A DNA stretch of 64,000 nucleotides from Patescibacteria group bacterium. Lineage in GTDB: Bacteria; Patescibacteriota; WWE3; JAMCXX01; JBBTUG01. The stretch lies in assembly GCA_038063895.1 (NCBI GenBank), contig JBBTUG010000006.1:6701-70700 (forward strand), given 5' to 3'. The notes below the pieces were generated by a model. It was not told where the DNA came from, did no database searches, and was given only the letters and a program-made list of their open reading frames with translations. Made by a program: the position numbers and the translations under genes. Below, piece by piece: positions 17,730 to 26,829 of the stretch. Position 1 is the first letter of the stretch. The number at the start of each line of letters is the position of its first letter.

Positions 17730-19061
17730 ATGAAATTCATTGCTGAAGGCGGTCTCCCGCTTAAAGGAAATATTTCAATTTCCGGATCGAAAAATGCCGT
17801 GATCAAGATGATCGCAGCGTCTTTGCTGACGGAGGAGGAAGTCGTATTAAACAATGTCCCGGAGATCAAAGACGTTGATTTAATAAAAACTATTGCCGCC
17901 AATTTAGGGGTAAAAATCGACAACTCCGCTCCCCACCGGTTGAAACTCAGAGCGGATAATATTCCGACGACCGTCGTTCCCCAAACTTTGGGTTTACCCT
18001 CCCGGTCAAGTGTTATATTCCTCGGTCCTCTTTTGGCCCGTTTCGGGAAAGTGACATTTCCGGAGCCCGGCGGAGACCTCATCGGAAAACGGCCGATCAA
18101 TTGGCACTTATCCTCTCTTTCCCAACTCGGAGCCAAAGTCTCGTATGAAAACGGTATCTACCAGGCCGAAGCCGCGAAATTAACCGGAAGTACAATTGTT
18201 TTTAAGCGGAATACGGTGATGGGAACGGAAAATTGCCTTTTAGGCGCAACCCTGGCTGAAGGCGAGACTATTCTTTCTAATGCCGCCCAGGAACCGGAAG
18301 TGGACGATTTAATTGATTTGCTGAATAAGATGGGCGCGAAGATTACCCGGGTTGAAGACCGGACCATCAAAATTGTGGGAGTGCCCCGCCTTTCCGGCGC
18401 TAATCACGAAGTCCTTCCCGACCGCAACGAGACCGTAACTTACGCGGTAGCGGCGGTGGCTACCGCCGGAGATTTAACTTTAGAGAATGTCCGGCCGGGA
18501 AATCTGACCGCTTTTTTGGCCAAATTGGAAAAAATGGGCGCACATTTTGAAGCCGGGAAAGACACCCTCCGGGTTTGGCGCGATCCCGGCGTGGTCTTAA
18601 ATCCCGTCAGCGTGGAAACGTCGCCGCACCCCGGATTTATGACCGACTGGCAGCAGCCGTTTTGTATTTTGCTGACCCAGTGTAACGGCGAAAGTTATAT
18701 TTACGAGACGATTTACGCTAACCGCTTCGAATACGTTAAGGAGCTGAACCGGATGGGCGCCCAGGTCCGGCTGATGACTCCCGAGCAGCTCGGTCTCCCG
18801 TTTAAATTGGATGATGAAAGTTACGACGTGGCCGCCAACGGCCAGCCACCGATTGTGGCTAAGATAACCGGGCCGACCGCTCTCCAGGGAAAACGGGTGA
18901 GCATCAGCGATTTAAGAGCCGGAGCGACATTGGTAATTGCCGCTTTAACCGCGACCGGAAAAAGCGAGATTTTGGGAATCGACCACATCGACCGCGGTTA
19001 CGAATTTTTCGATGAAAAAATGCGCTCTATCGGTGCGAAACTGGAACGGGTTGAGGATTAG
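17730..19061 (+). CDS. murA: UDP-N-acetylglucosamine 1-carboxyvinyltransferase
   Basis: 'MKFIAEGGLPLKGNISISGSKNAVIKMIAASLL' is the MurA N-terminus. About 443 aa. Confidence 0.9.
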   Translation: MKFIAEGGLPLKGNISISGSKNAVIKMIAASLLTEEEVVLNNVPEIKDVDLIKTIAANLGVKIDNSAPHRLKLRADNIPTTVVPQTLGLPSRSSVIFLGPLLARFGKVTFPEPGGDLIGKRPINWHLSSLSQLGAKVSYENGIYQAEAAKLTGSTIVFKRNTVMGTENCLLGATLAEGETILSNAAQEPEVDDLIDLLNKMGAKITRVEDRTIKIVGVPRLSGANHEVLPDRNETVTYAVAAVATAGDLTLENVRPGNLTAFLAKLEKMGAHFEAGKDTLRVWRDPGVVLNPVSVETSPHPGFMTDWQQPFCILLTQCNGESYIYETIYANRFEYVKELNRMGAQVRLMTPEQLGLPFKLDDESYDVAANGQPPIVAKITGPTALQGKRVSISDLRAGATLVIAALTATGKSEILGIDHIDRGYEFFDEKMRSIGAKLERVED

Positions 19062-19624
19062 TTGCCGGAAAAGGCCATCAACTCCCGCAGTTTGGCGATT
19101 GACCGGTAGACGATTGTGGAGACATTGGTTTCGGAAAGACCCAACTGCGCGGCGATAGTTTTGTTCGTTTGTCCCTCGTAAAATTTTAAGTAGATAATTT
19201 CTTTTTCTCTTGCCGGAAGAGTGGCCAAGATTTCATCGATGTCGTTTTTTAGATCCATCTCCAGATAGCTTTCCTCAGGATCCTTAGTTTTATCCGGGAC
19301 AGTTTCCGCCTCCTGAAAAGGAAGCTTCCGGTTTACTTCCCGCGTGTACTGGCGGTAATAATCGATAAGAGTATTGCCGGCGATCCGGTAAAGCCAGGCC
19401 GAGAAGGAAACGCCCTGCCATTTATAATTGTCGAGGCCGGTGAAAGCCTTTTCGAAAACTTTAGCGGTCAGTTCATCCGCCGTTTCCGCCGGGACGTGGC
19501 GGAGAAAATAACTTTTTATATAGGGATAGTAATGCTCAAAGAGGGGTGCGAAATACTTTTTATCCCGGCGGCATTTTTTAATAAGGTCTTCTTCGAGTGC
19601 CGGATTTAAGGAAATTTTTGACAT
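19058..19624 (-). CDS. ECF-type RNA polymerase sigma factor (sigma-70 regions 2 and 4)
   Basis: Region 2 'FSAWLYRIAGNTLIDYYRQ' and region 4 'LSETNVSTIVYRSIAKLRE'. 188 aa. Confidence 0.8.
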   Translation of the reverse strand: MSKISLNPALEEDLIKKCRRDKKYFAPLFEHYYPYIKSYFLRHVPAETADELTAKVFEKAFTGLDNYKWQGVSFSAWLYRIAGNTLIDYYRQYTREVNRKLPFQEAETVPDKTKDPEESYLEMDLKNDIDEILATLPAREKEIIYLKFYEGQTNKTIAAQLGLSETNVSTIVYRSIAKLRELMAFSGN

Positions 19625-19629
19625 CAGAG

Positions 19630-20481
19630 TTATTCCAAAAAAGTCTGTAGCTTTGTCCGGGGACCACGGATAACGATAGTTTTATATTTTTCCAGTACAG
19701 GCTTTGGTTCTGGGGCGAATACCGGATCCTTAATTTGCGGGCCCTCTTTTTTTAGTAGACTCCGCTCAAGTACATAGGCTCGAGGCTCCGGCAAAGCTTC
19801 CGCTACTTCCTGAACTGCCCGGAGTGGGCAAGGGTAGTAATAATAGGAGGCGTCAAGGATAAATTGTTTGCGGAGGTTACGGCGGACGGAAATCCGGCTT
19901 TGGGGTAGCGCGACCATCTTTGGGACATTATTAATATATTCCTCCGGTATCCGGTAGTAGCGGCCCAGTCCGGCAATGGCCGAGGTATAGAGGTCCTGAG
20001 CGTCAAAAGAAACGGCGGGACATTGAATTACGGTTGTCTTTTCGGTGTTAATAATTTTTGGCAGGACGTTTTCCCCACTCAGGATTAGGAATTTCGGTTT
20101 TGTGATTTCCAGCCAGTATGTCAGGCTCTCGAGATTTCCGATGCCCATTTCCAGGATTAGGATATGGAAATAGGCTTTAGTGGTCAGCCATTGGCGGATA
20201 ATTTTGAAAAGCAGAGGCAGCCATTGCCAGTCGGCCGTCGGGTAGGACGGGCTTCCTAGGATGGTTAACGGAACGGAAAATTCGGATTCGGGTGACTCCA
20301 GGTTCCGCCGGGCCGGATATTTTTCGTGCAGGAGAGTATATACGGCTTCCCGGATAATGCCGGTTGGGCCGGTGCCGAGTACCGCAATCACGTCCGGCCG
20401 ATGTTTACTGATTACGGCACGGCTAAGGAATCTCAAGGCAATTCGCAGGGAACGCCGGGCGAACCGATGAATAACATTCAT
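19630..20481 (-). CDS. Mur-ligase-like protein with a degenerate P-loop (putative pseudoenzyme), co-oriented upstream of the ECF sigma factor
   Basis: 'VIAVLGTGPTGIIRE' aligns to the Mur ligase 'VIGVTGTNGKTTTKE' motif, with GKT replaced by PTG (codons at 20359-20376). 'ILEMGIGNLESLTYWLEITKPKFLILSGEN' aligns to 'vlEvg..l...l....kPdiavitNi..dH' but lacks the His. There is no Mur_ligase_C domain. Confidence 0.45.
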   Translation of the reverse strand: MNVIHRFARRSLRIALRFLSRAVISKHRPDVIAVLGTGPTGIIREAVYTLLHEKYPARRNLESPESEFSVPLTILGSPSYPTADWQWLPLLFKIIRQWLTTKAYFHILILEMGIGNLESLTYWLEITKPKFLILSGENVLPKIINTEKTTVIQCPAVSFDAQDLYTSAIAGLGRYYRIPEEYINNVPKMVALPQSRISVRRNLRKQFILDASYYYYPCPLRAVQEVAEALPEPRAYVLERSLLKKEGPQIKDPVFAPEPKPVLEKYKTIVIRGPRTKLQTFLE

Positions 20482-20558
20482 TCTGTAATTATATAACGTT
20501 TCGCCTCCGTTTTTCTGACAGTGGGGATAAGTGACGGGTCGGAGAGTGGTGCGTTACA

Positions 20559-21977
20559 ATGGTTAACATGCCTGAAACTCTTCCCCGAAATCTAAAACAC
20601 ATTCATTTTGTCGGCATTAAGGGCGTCGGATTAGCTAACCTGGCTCTTTACGCCAAGCAACAGGGAATAAAAGTCACCGGGTCGGACGTGGCGGAAGTTT
20701 TCGTAACCGACTCGGTTCTGGCCGAAAACGGAATAGGTTGGAGCGTGGGCTTTTCCAGAGCGAATATTCCTGGAAACCCTGATTTAGTGATAGCCACGGC
20801 CGGTCACGGCGGTATGACTAATCCGGAAGTCGAAGGCGCAAAAGAAGCGGGTCTGAAGGTCTTAACATACGCTCAGGCGTTAGGCCTATTTATGGAAGGA
20901 AGTTACGGCATCTCGGTTTGCGGCGTCGGGGGAAAAGGTTCGACTTCTTCTCTTTTGGCTGAGGTACTGGTTAGTGCCGGGACGGACCCCAGTTACATTA
21001 TTGGCGTGGCCCGGATTAACCCTCTCGGTTTTGGCGCCCACTACGGGTTGGGGCCGCATTTTGTGGCCGAGGCGGATGATTACGTTGCCTGCCCGTTAAC
21101 GGACCGCCAGCCGAAATTTAATTACCAAAAACCCAAGATGATTATTGTGACTAATATTGAGTACGATCATCCCGACGTCTACCCGAATTTTAAAGCCACG
21201 AAAATAGCGTTCGCCAAGTTTTTTAACGCTCTTCCCGAAGACGGGCTACTGGTGGCCAATATTGATAATGCCGGAGTGAGAGAGGTTTTAAAGCAGTATC
21301 ACGGATGTCTGGCGACGTATGGTTTTTCTCCGGAGGCCGAATATCGAATTACCGGCGACAAACTTTCTCCCAATGAGCAGGACTTTAATGTGGCAGGAAT
21401 CGGTAATTTTCAGCTCCATATTCCCGGCCGCTACAACGTCCTGAATGCTGCTGCGGCGGCCGTGGCCGCCAGTAAACTCGGGCTTAGCCCGGAGAAGATT
21501 AAGGCCGGAATCGGCCAATTTCAAGGAATGTCTCGCCGGTTTGAATTCGTTGCCAAGATCAACTCAATCGATCTCTACGATGACTACGCCCACCATCCCC
21601 AAGAAATTGCCGGTCTGATTGACGCCTCCCGGGAATGGTTTCCGAACCGCCGGCTGATCATAATTTTTCAACCGCATACCTTCAGTCGGACCCGCGCGCT
21701 TTTTGAGGAGTTTGCGGCTGCTTTGGGGAAAGCTGATTTAATTCTTCTGCTCGATATCTACGCCTCCGCCCGCGAGCAGCCGGACCCCGGGGTCAGCAGC
21801 GAAACACTTTCCGGGGCAGTTAAAAAATATAATCAGAATGTTCACTACCTCCCGAAGACGGCGGATCTCACCGATTTCTTAAAAAAGAATAAAAAGTCCG
21901 GGGACGTGGTAATTACGGTCGGGGCGGGAGATATATTCCTGTCGCATCCGGTAATAATTAAGGCTTTAGAAAGATGA
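20559..21977 (+). CDS. murC: UDP-N-acetylmuramate--L-alanine ligase
   Basis: N-terminal Rossmann 'IHFVGIKGVGLANLA', a P-loop variant 'GVGGKGSTSS', and 'IIVTNIEYDHPDVY'. Confidence 0.8.
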   Translation: MVNMPETLPRNLKHIHFVGIKGVGLANLALYAKQQGIKVTGSDVAEVFVTDSVLAENGIGWSVGFSRANIPGNPDLVIATAGHGGMTNPEVEGAKEAGLKVLTYAQALGLFMEGSYGISVCGVGGKGSTSSLLAEVLVSAGTDPSYIIGVARINPLGFGAHYGLGPHFVAEADDYVACPLTDRQPKFNYQKPKMIIVTNIEYDHPDVYPNFKATKIAFAKFFNALPEDGLLVANIDNAGVREVLKQYHGCLATYGFSPEAEYRITGDKLSPNEQDFNVAGIGNFQLHIPGRYNVLNAAAAAVAASKLGLSPEKIKAGIGQFQGMSRRFEFVAKINSIDLYDDYAHHPQEIAGLIDASREWFPNRRLIIIFQPHTFSRTRALFEEFAAALGKADLILLLDIYASAREQPDPGVSSETLSGAVKKYNQNVHYLPKTADLTDFLKKNKKSGDVVITVGAGDIFLSHPVIIKALER

Positions 21978-23026
21978 AAACAGAAATGATTAAACAGCAA
22001 TTAGAAAACTTGTTAGGGCTCGGGAGGGTGGAGATAAATGTGCCGATGGCGGGGAAAACTTATTTCCGTCTCGGTGGGAAAGCCGATTTTTATTTCGAAG
22101 CCCGCAGCCGAGAGGACCTGGAAAAGGCCGTCGGGTGGGCGGAAAATGCCGGAATTACTTATTGTGTTTTCGGTCTGGGCGCGAATTTATTGGTCGGGGA
22201 TCGGGGAATAAGGGGAATAGCAATCAAGGTGGCCAATAATGATTTTGAAATTATCGGTCCTTACGAAAGTAGAGAAGTGGGAGGGGTAGCCGGAAGTTCC
22301 CATTATCAATCCTTTGACACCGCGAAATATTTAAAGTTTGATGATCTCGATACTCCCGAGCCGGCGCCGGATACGCTCGTCAGGGTTGGGGCCGGGGTTT
22401 CTCTTTCTCATCTGATTGGCCTCACACTCAAGCTAGGTTTGACCGGATTGCAGTATTTTTCGGGAATCCCTTCGACAGTTGGTGGTTGTGTTTATAATAA
22501 CGTCCATGGCGGTACAAAACTGTTTGAGCAATTTGTTGACCGGGTGGTTCTTTTAAACAAAAACGGCCAGGTAGAGGAGGTCCCGGGAAAAGAGATGGCG
22601 TTCTCTTACGATTACAGCCGGGTGCAAAAAACGGGTGAGATTGTGGTCGAGGTGTATTTAAAACTTAGCCATGGGGATACGGCCCGGGCAAAAGTTGTCC
22701 GAGAAGAATGGCTGAAAAGAAAGCTTAAGGTTCAACCGCAAATTAATTGTTCCGGCTGCATTTTTAAAAATCTGACCCCGCAGGAGGCGACGCGGATTGG
22801 CGCCCCGACGGTCTCGGCGGGTTGGGTGCTGGATATTGGTTTAGGGATGAAGGGAACCCGGATTGGAGGAGTAGCAATCTCCGAAAAACATGCTAACTTT
22901 TTCGTGAATACCGGTACCGGCACCGCCGCCGACGTTTTGGCTTTAATTAACTTAGCCAAGAAAAAAACAAAGGAAAAGTTTAATTTGGATCTCCAGGAAG
23001 AAATCCAGAAAGTTGGGGAATTTTAA
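21974..23026 (+). CDS. murB: UDP-N-acetylenolpyruvoylglucosamine reductase
   Basis: FAD-binding PCMH N-terminus 'GGKADFYFEARSREDL' and C-terminus 'RIGGVAISEKHANFFVNTGTGTAADVLALI'. Confidence 0.8.
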   Translation: MKTEMIKQQLENLLGLGRVEINVPMAGKTYFRLGGKADFYFEARSREDLEKAVGWAENAGITYCVFGLGANLLVGDRGIRGIAIKVANNDFEIIGPYESREVGGVAGSSHYQSFDTAKYLKFDDLDTPEPAPDTLVRVGAGVSLSHLIGLTLKLGLTGLQYFSGIPSTVGGCVYNNVHGGTKLFEQFVDRVVLLNKNGQVEEVPGKEMAFSYDYSRVQKTGEIVVEVYLKLSHGDTARAKVVREEWLKRKLKVQPQINCSGCIFKNLTPQEATRIGAPTVSAGWVLDIGLGMKGTRIGGVAISEKHANFFVNTGTGTAADVLALINLAKKKTKEKFNLDLQEEIQKVGEF

Positions 23027-23028
23027 TT

Positions 23029-23871
23029 ATGGAAAAGAGGCAACCGATAATCTGGTACTTAGAAAACAAATTTATCCATTCCACGGATGCGAAAATTCCA
23101 ATCACCGATTTAGGCTTACAGCGGGGGTGGGGAGTCTTTGATTTTTTGCGGACCTACTCTGGTCAGCCTTTCCAGCTATCGGTGCACGTTGCGCGTTTTT
23201 TGCGTTCAACCAAAGGATCCTTGATTAATCTCAACAAATCCGCCGAGGAACTTACTCAATTGGTCAACCGATTGATTGCCCGTAACTCGGTGGTTGGGAG
23301 TGTCGGGATAAAGCTATTCGCCACGGCTGGGAATAGCCGTGATGGGCTGACAGGCGGGAAAAAGCCGACCTTTGGGATTATGCTTTTACCTCTCCATCGC
23401 TACCCCCGGGCAACGTATACTCGGGGAATTAAACTTGGTATTTATCGGGAGTTAAGGACAAATCCGGAGGTTAAATCCACCAACTACGCCGCGGTTCTCG
23501 TTAAAATGGCGGTGGAAAAACGCCGGGGTTTTGATGATATTCTTTACGTCGGGACGAATAATGTTGTTTATGAATCCGCCCGCAGTAATTTTTTTGCGTT
23601 GATTAACGGAACTTGGATAACGCCGAAGGAAGGGGTCTTGCCCGGAATTACCCGGAAGCTGGTGATTGGGTTGTCCCGAAAACGTTATCCGGTGAGGGAA
23701 GGGGTGCTGACTTTGGCGCAACTTAAAAAGGCCGGCGAGGCTTTTATCACTTCAACAGAGCGGGAGGTTATGCCGGTGGTGAAGGTGGGCAGCTTTCGCA
23801 TCGGAAACGGCAGGGTTGGGGATAAGACGAAACAACTAATGGCTGATTTTCACCGGTTTACTCTTCAATAA
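23029..23871 (+). CDS. Class IV (fold-type IV) aminotransferase, likely D-amino-acid transaminase supplying D-Glu
   Basis: 'GLQRGWGVFDFLRTYSGQPFQLSVHVARFLRS' is a Dat/IlvE family signature. The gene sits between murB and murD. Confidence 0.65.
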   Translation: MEKRQPIIWYLENKFIHSTDAKIPITDLGLQRGWGVFDFLRTYSGQPFQLSVHVARFLRSTKGSLINLNKSAEELTQLVNRLIARNSVVGSVGIKLFATAGNSRDGLTGGKKPTFGIMLLPLHRYPRATYTRGIKLGIYRELRTNPEVKSTNYAAVLVKMAVEKRRGFDDILYVGTNNVVYESARSNFFALINGTWITPKEGVLPGITRKLVIGLSRKRYPVREGVLTLAQLKKAGEAFITSTEREVMPVVKVGSFRIGNGRVGDKTKQLMADFHRFTLQ

Positions 23872-25283
23872 TGACCCTCCAGGAACTGAAGGATAAAAAA
23901 ATTGCGATTCTCGGATGCTCGATTGAGGGCCTATCCTCAGCTAGGTTTCTTTTAACTCACGGAATCAGTTTTACGGTTTTGGATAAACAGTGTTTGTCTG
24001 AATTAGGAGAAGAAGCCTTACAGTTATCTGGTAACCAATTAATTAATTGGGAACTTGGCGAAAATCATTTAGACCGCCTCGAAGATTTTGAGGTTATCTT
24101 CCGCACTCCCGGTTTTCCTTTGTGGAATCAACGTTTGCAGGCGGCCCTTGCCGCCGGGGCCGAGGTTACTTCCCAGACTAAATTATTCTTTAGTCTCTGT
24201 CCGTGTCCGGTGATCGGAGTTACCGGAACTAAAGGGAAAGGAACAACAGCCACCCTCATTTCTCTGATGCTTAAAAAATCCGGCCGAGATGTTTACCTGG
24301 GCGGGAATATCGGGACTCCTCCGCTTGATTTTCTAGATAAGTTAAATCCCAGTTCCTTTGCGGTTTTAGAATTAAGTTCGTTTCAGCTCGAGGATCTTAA
24401 GGTCAGTCCAAAAATCGCCGTAGTTTTATTGATCACGGCGGATCACCTAGTCTCGCAGTCTTCGGAAAGTCCCAACTATCACAAGACGGTAAAGGAGTAT
24501 GTCACGGCCAAAAAGAAACTGGTTCAGTTTCAAACAATTTCGGATACGGCGGTTATTAGCGCAGATTGGGAAACCAGTTTAGCGATGGAAAAGGAAACAG
24601 CGGCGGAGGCGTATTTTTTCAGCCGACAGCGCGAGGTTAAGCGGGGAACCTTCGTCCAGGATAAAACGATTATTTTTGTTGAACAAGGCAGGAAGGAAGA
24701 TATTATCTCTGTTTCGGAGTTGCTTCTGCGCGGAGAGCACAACTGGGAGAACGTTTGCGCGGCCGTGACCGTCGCAAAATTGTGCAAGGTGGAAAATACG
24801 GCAATTAGCTCGGTGCTTCGGACTTTTAGAGGTTTAGCGAACCGCCTGGAGTTTGTTGCTAGTGCGGGTGGAGTTAATTATTACAATGACTCTTTTTCCA
24901 CGACTCCGGAAACGGCCGTTGCCGCCCTGCGCGCATTTTCTGAGCCGCTGATTATTATTCTCGGCGGATCGGAAAAAGGGTCTGATTATACAGAGCTTGG
25001 CCGGGAACTTCACGAGGCGAAAAACTTAAAAGCCGTTATTCTGATCGGAAATACGGCCGGTAAAATTGAGTCAGCGGTGGTCCGCGCGGGAGGTTTCCCT
25101 CCGAAAATTGAAGTTATAAAAAATCTGCCGGATATGCCGTCAATTGTTTCCGCGGCAGCGAAAATTTCAGCACCCGGAGATGTTGTTCTTCTCTCGCCCG
25201 CCTGCGCCTCTTTCGATATGTTTAAAAATTATAAGGAACGCGGAAATCAATTTACACTGGGGGCTAAAAAAATATGCGCCTAG
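23871..25283 (+). CDS. murD: UDP-N-acetylmuramoylalanine--D-glutamate ligase
   Basis: 'IAILGCSIEGLSSARFL' and a 'GVTGTKGKGTTATLI' P-loop. Confidence 0.85.
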   Translation: MTLQELKDKKIAILGCSIEGLSSARFLLTHGISFTVLDKQCLSELGEEALQLSGNQLINWELGENHLDRLEDFEVIFRTPGFPLWNQRLQAALAAGAEVTSQTKLFFSLCPCPVIGVTGTKGKGTTATLISLMLKKSGRDVYLGGNIGTPPLDFLDKLNPSSFAVLELSSFQLEDLKVSPKIAVVLLITADHLVSQSSESPNYHKTVKEYVTAKKKLVQFQTISDTAVISADWETSLAMEKETAAEAYFFSRQREVKRGTFVQDKTIIFVEQGRKEDIISVSELLLRGEHNWENVCAAVTVAKLCKVENTAISSVLRTFRGLANRLEFVASAGGVNYYNDSFSTTPETAVAALRAFSEPLIIILGGSEKGSDYTELGRELHEAKNLKAVILIGNTAGKIESAVVRAGGFPPKIEVIKNLPDMPSIVSAAAKISAPGDVVLLSPACASFDMFKNYKERGNQFTLGAKKICA

Positions 25284-26827
25284 ATAAACTTCTTGCCGAC
25301 TTCGGAATTACCGAAACAGATGGCGGACCGGAAATTATCGGGATTACTGACGACTCCCGAAAAGTAAAACCAGGATATTTGTTCGTAGCAGTAAAAGGGT
25401 TGGAGCATGATGGGCACAAATACATCGAACAGGCAATTATGGCGGGAGCGTGTGCGGTTGTGTTCGATGTAAAGTCAAAAGTTTCCGCCCAAGGCGGATC
25501 CGCCGAGGGAGGAAAAAGTCAAAAGTCAAAATTTTCAGGCACTATTTTCGTGGGTGTGAGAGGTTCAAGAAAGGCCCTAGGGCTTCTTTGGGCGGCGTGG
25601 TACGGGTATCCGGCCAAATCGTTAAGAGTCATCGGTGTGACCGGGACGGACGGAAAAACAACGACAGCTAACCTTATCTACCACCTGTTGAAATCGGCCG
25701 GAAAAAAAGTTGGCCTAATCTCGACGATCAACGCTCAAATCGGGAACGATAGTTTTGAGACCGGTTTCCACGTGACCAACCCGGAGCCGGAGTTGCTCCA
25801 AAAGTTTTTAAGATTAATGGTTGATCGGGGCACGGAGTTTGCGGTTTTGGAAGTAACCTCGCACGGAATTGATCAGGAACGGATTGCCGGAATCGGTTTT
25901 GAGATTGCCGTGGTTACGAACGTGGCGCGGGAGCATCTCGATTACCACAAAACGTATGAAAATTATCTAAATACAAAAGGGCGTCTACTCGCTTCCGACA
26001 AGGTAAGTATTCTCAATCGGGACGACAGCTCCTTCTCTTATTTAAAGAGTGTTTCCGGAGGCGAGGTGCTCAGCTACGGCATTCACCAAAAAGCTGATTT
26101 TCAAGCCACCAAGGTTACGCTACTTGGGGAATCCGCCGTATTTACCTTGGAGCCCGGTTCCGTTGAAGTAAAAATTAATCTGCCCGGAGAATACAATATC
26201 GCTAACGCTCTTGCGGCGGCGGCCGCGGCCTTCACTGTTGGGCTGAGTGGGAAGCAAGTCGCTGCAGGGCTTCAAAGTTTCCAGACGCTTCCGGGGAGGT
26301 TTGAGGAGATAAAGACCGGACGGGATTTCCGGGTCGTGGTGGATTTCGCGCATACGCCCAACGCGCTTGAGAGTGTCCTGTCTATTAGCCGTAAAATCCT
26401 GATCATACCCACACCCTTAGGGTCAAGGCTTCCCGACCCTAAGGACGAGAAACCGCAAGAGCCAAAATTAATTGTAGTTTTCGGGTGCGCGGGGGAACGG
26501 GACAGTGGGAAGCGGCCGCTGATGGGTGAGATTGCAGGCCGGTTGGCGGATATCTCGATCCTGACCGCGGAGGATCCCCGGCGCGAGGATGTTAACGGAA
26601 TTATTGAGCAAATTGCTGCGGGATGCCAAAAATCGGGTGAGCATATATTTATTAAAGAACCTGACCGGCGGAAGGCGATCGAATTGGCAATAAATATGGC
26701 CAAGGCCGGCGACTTAATTATTATCACCGGCAAGGGGCACGAGAAATCAATGTGCTTCGGGACAACAGAGTATCCGTGGAGTGATCAGGAAGTAGCAAAG
26801 GGTATTTTAGAAAGGAATAACAAATAA
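25274..26827 (+). CDS. murE: UDP-N-acetylmuramoyl-L-alanyl-D-glutamate--2,6-diaminopimelate (or L-Lys) ligase; carries in-frame repeat insertions
   Basis: 'VIGVTGTDGKTTTANLI' P-loop and 'VTNVAREHLDYH'. An 'EDPRRED' motif retains the Arg typical of DAP-type enzymes. Confidence 0.85.
   Translation: MRLDKLLADFGITETDGGPEIIGITDDSRKVKPGYLFVAVKGLEHDGHKYIEQAIMAGACAVVFDVKSKVSAQGGSAEGGKSQKSKFSGTIFVGVRGSRKALGLLWAAWYGYPAKSLRVIGVTGTDGKTTTANLIYHLLKSAGKKVGLISTINAQIGNDSFETGFHVTNPEPELLQKFLRLMVDRGTEFAVLEVTSHGIDQERIAGIGFEIAVVTNVAREHLDYHKTYENYLNTKGRLLASDKVSILNRDDSSFSYLKSVSGGEVLSYGIHQKADFQATKVTLLGESAVFTLEPGSVEVKINLPGEYNIANALAAAAAAFTVGLSGKQVAAGLQSFQTLPGRFEEIKTGRDFRVVVDFAHTPNALESVLSISRKILIIPTPLGSRLPDPKDEKPQEPKLIVVFGCAGERDSGKRPLMGEIAGRLADISILTAEDPRREDVNGIIEQIAAGCQKSGEHIFIKEPDRRKAIELAINMAKAGDLIIITGKGHEKSMCFGTTEYPWSDQEVAKGILERNNK
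26412..26447 (+). repeat. 36-bp palindromic element, copy A (in-frame inside murE)
   Basis: Arms 'ccttagggtc'/'gaccctaagg' with loop 'aaggcttccc'. It encodes PTPLGSRLPDPK. Confidence 0.8.
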
Positions 26828-26829
26828 TT

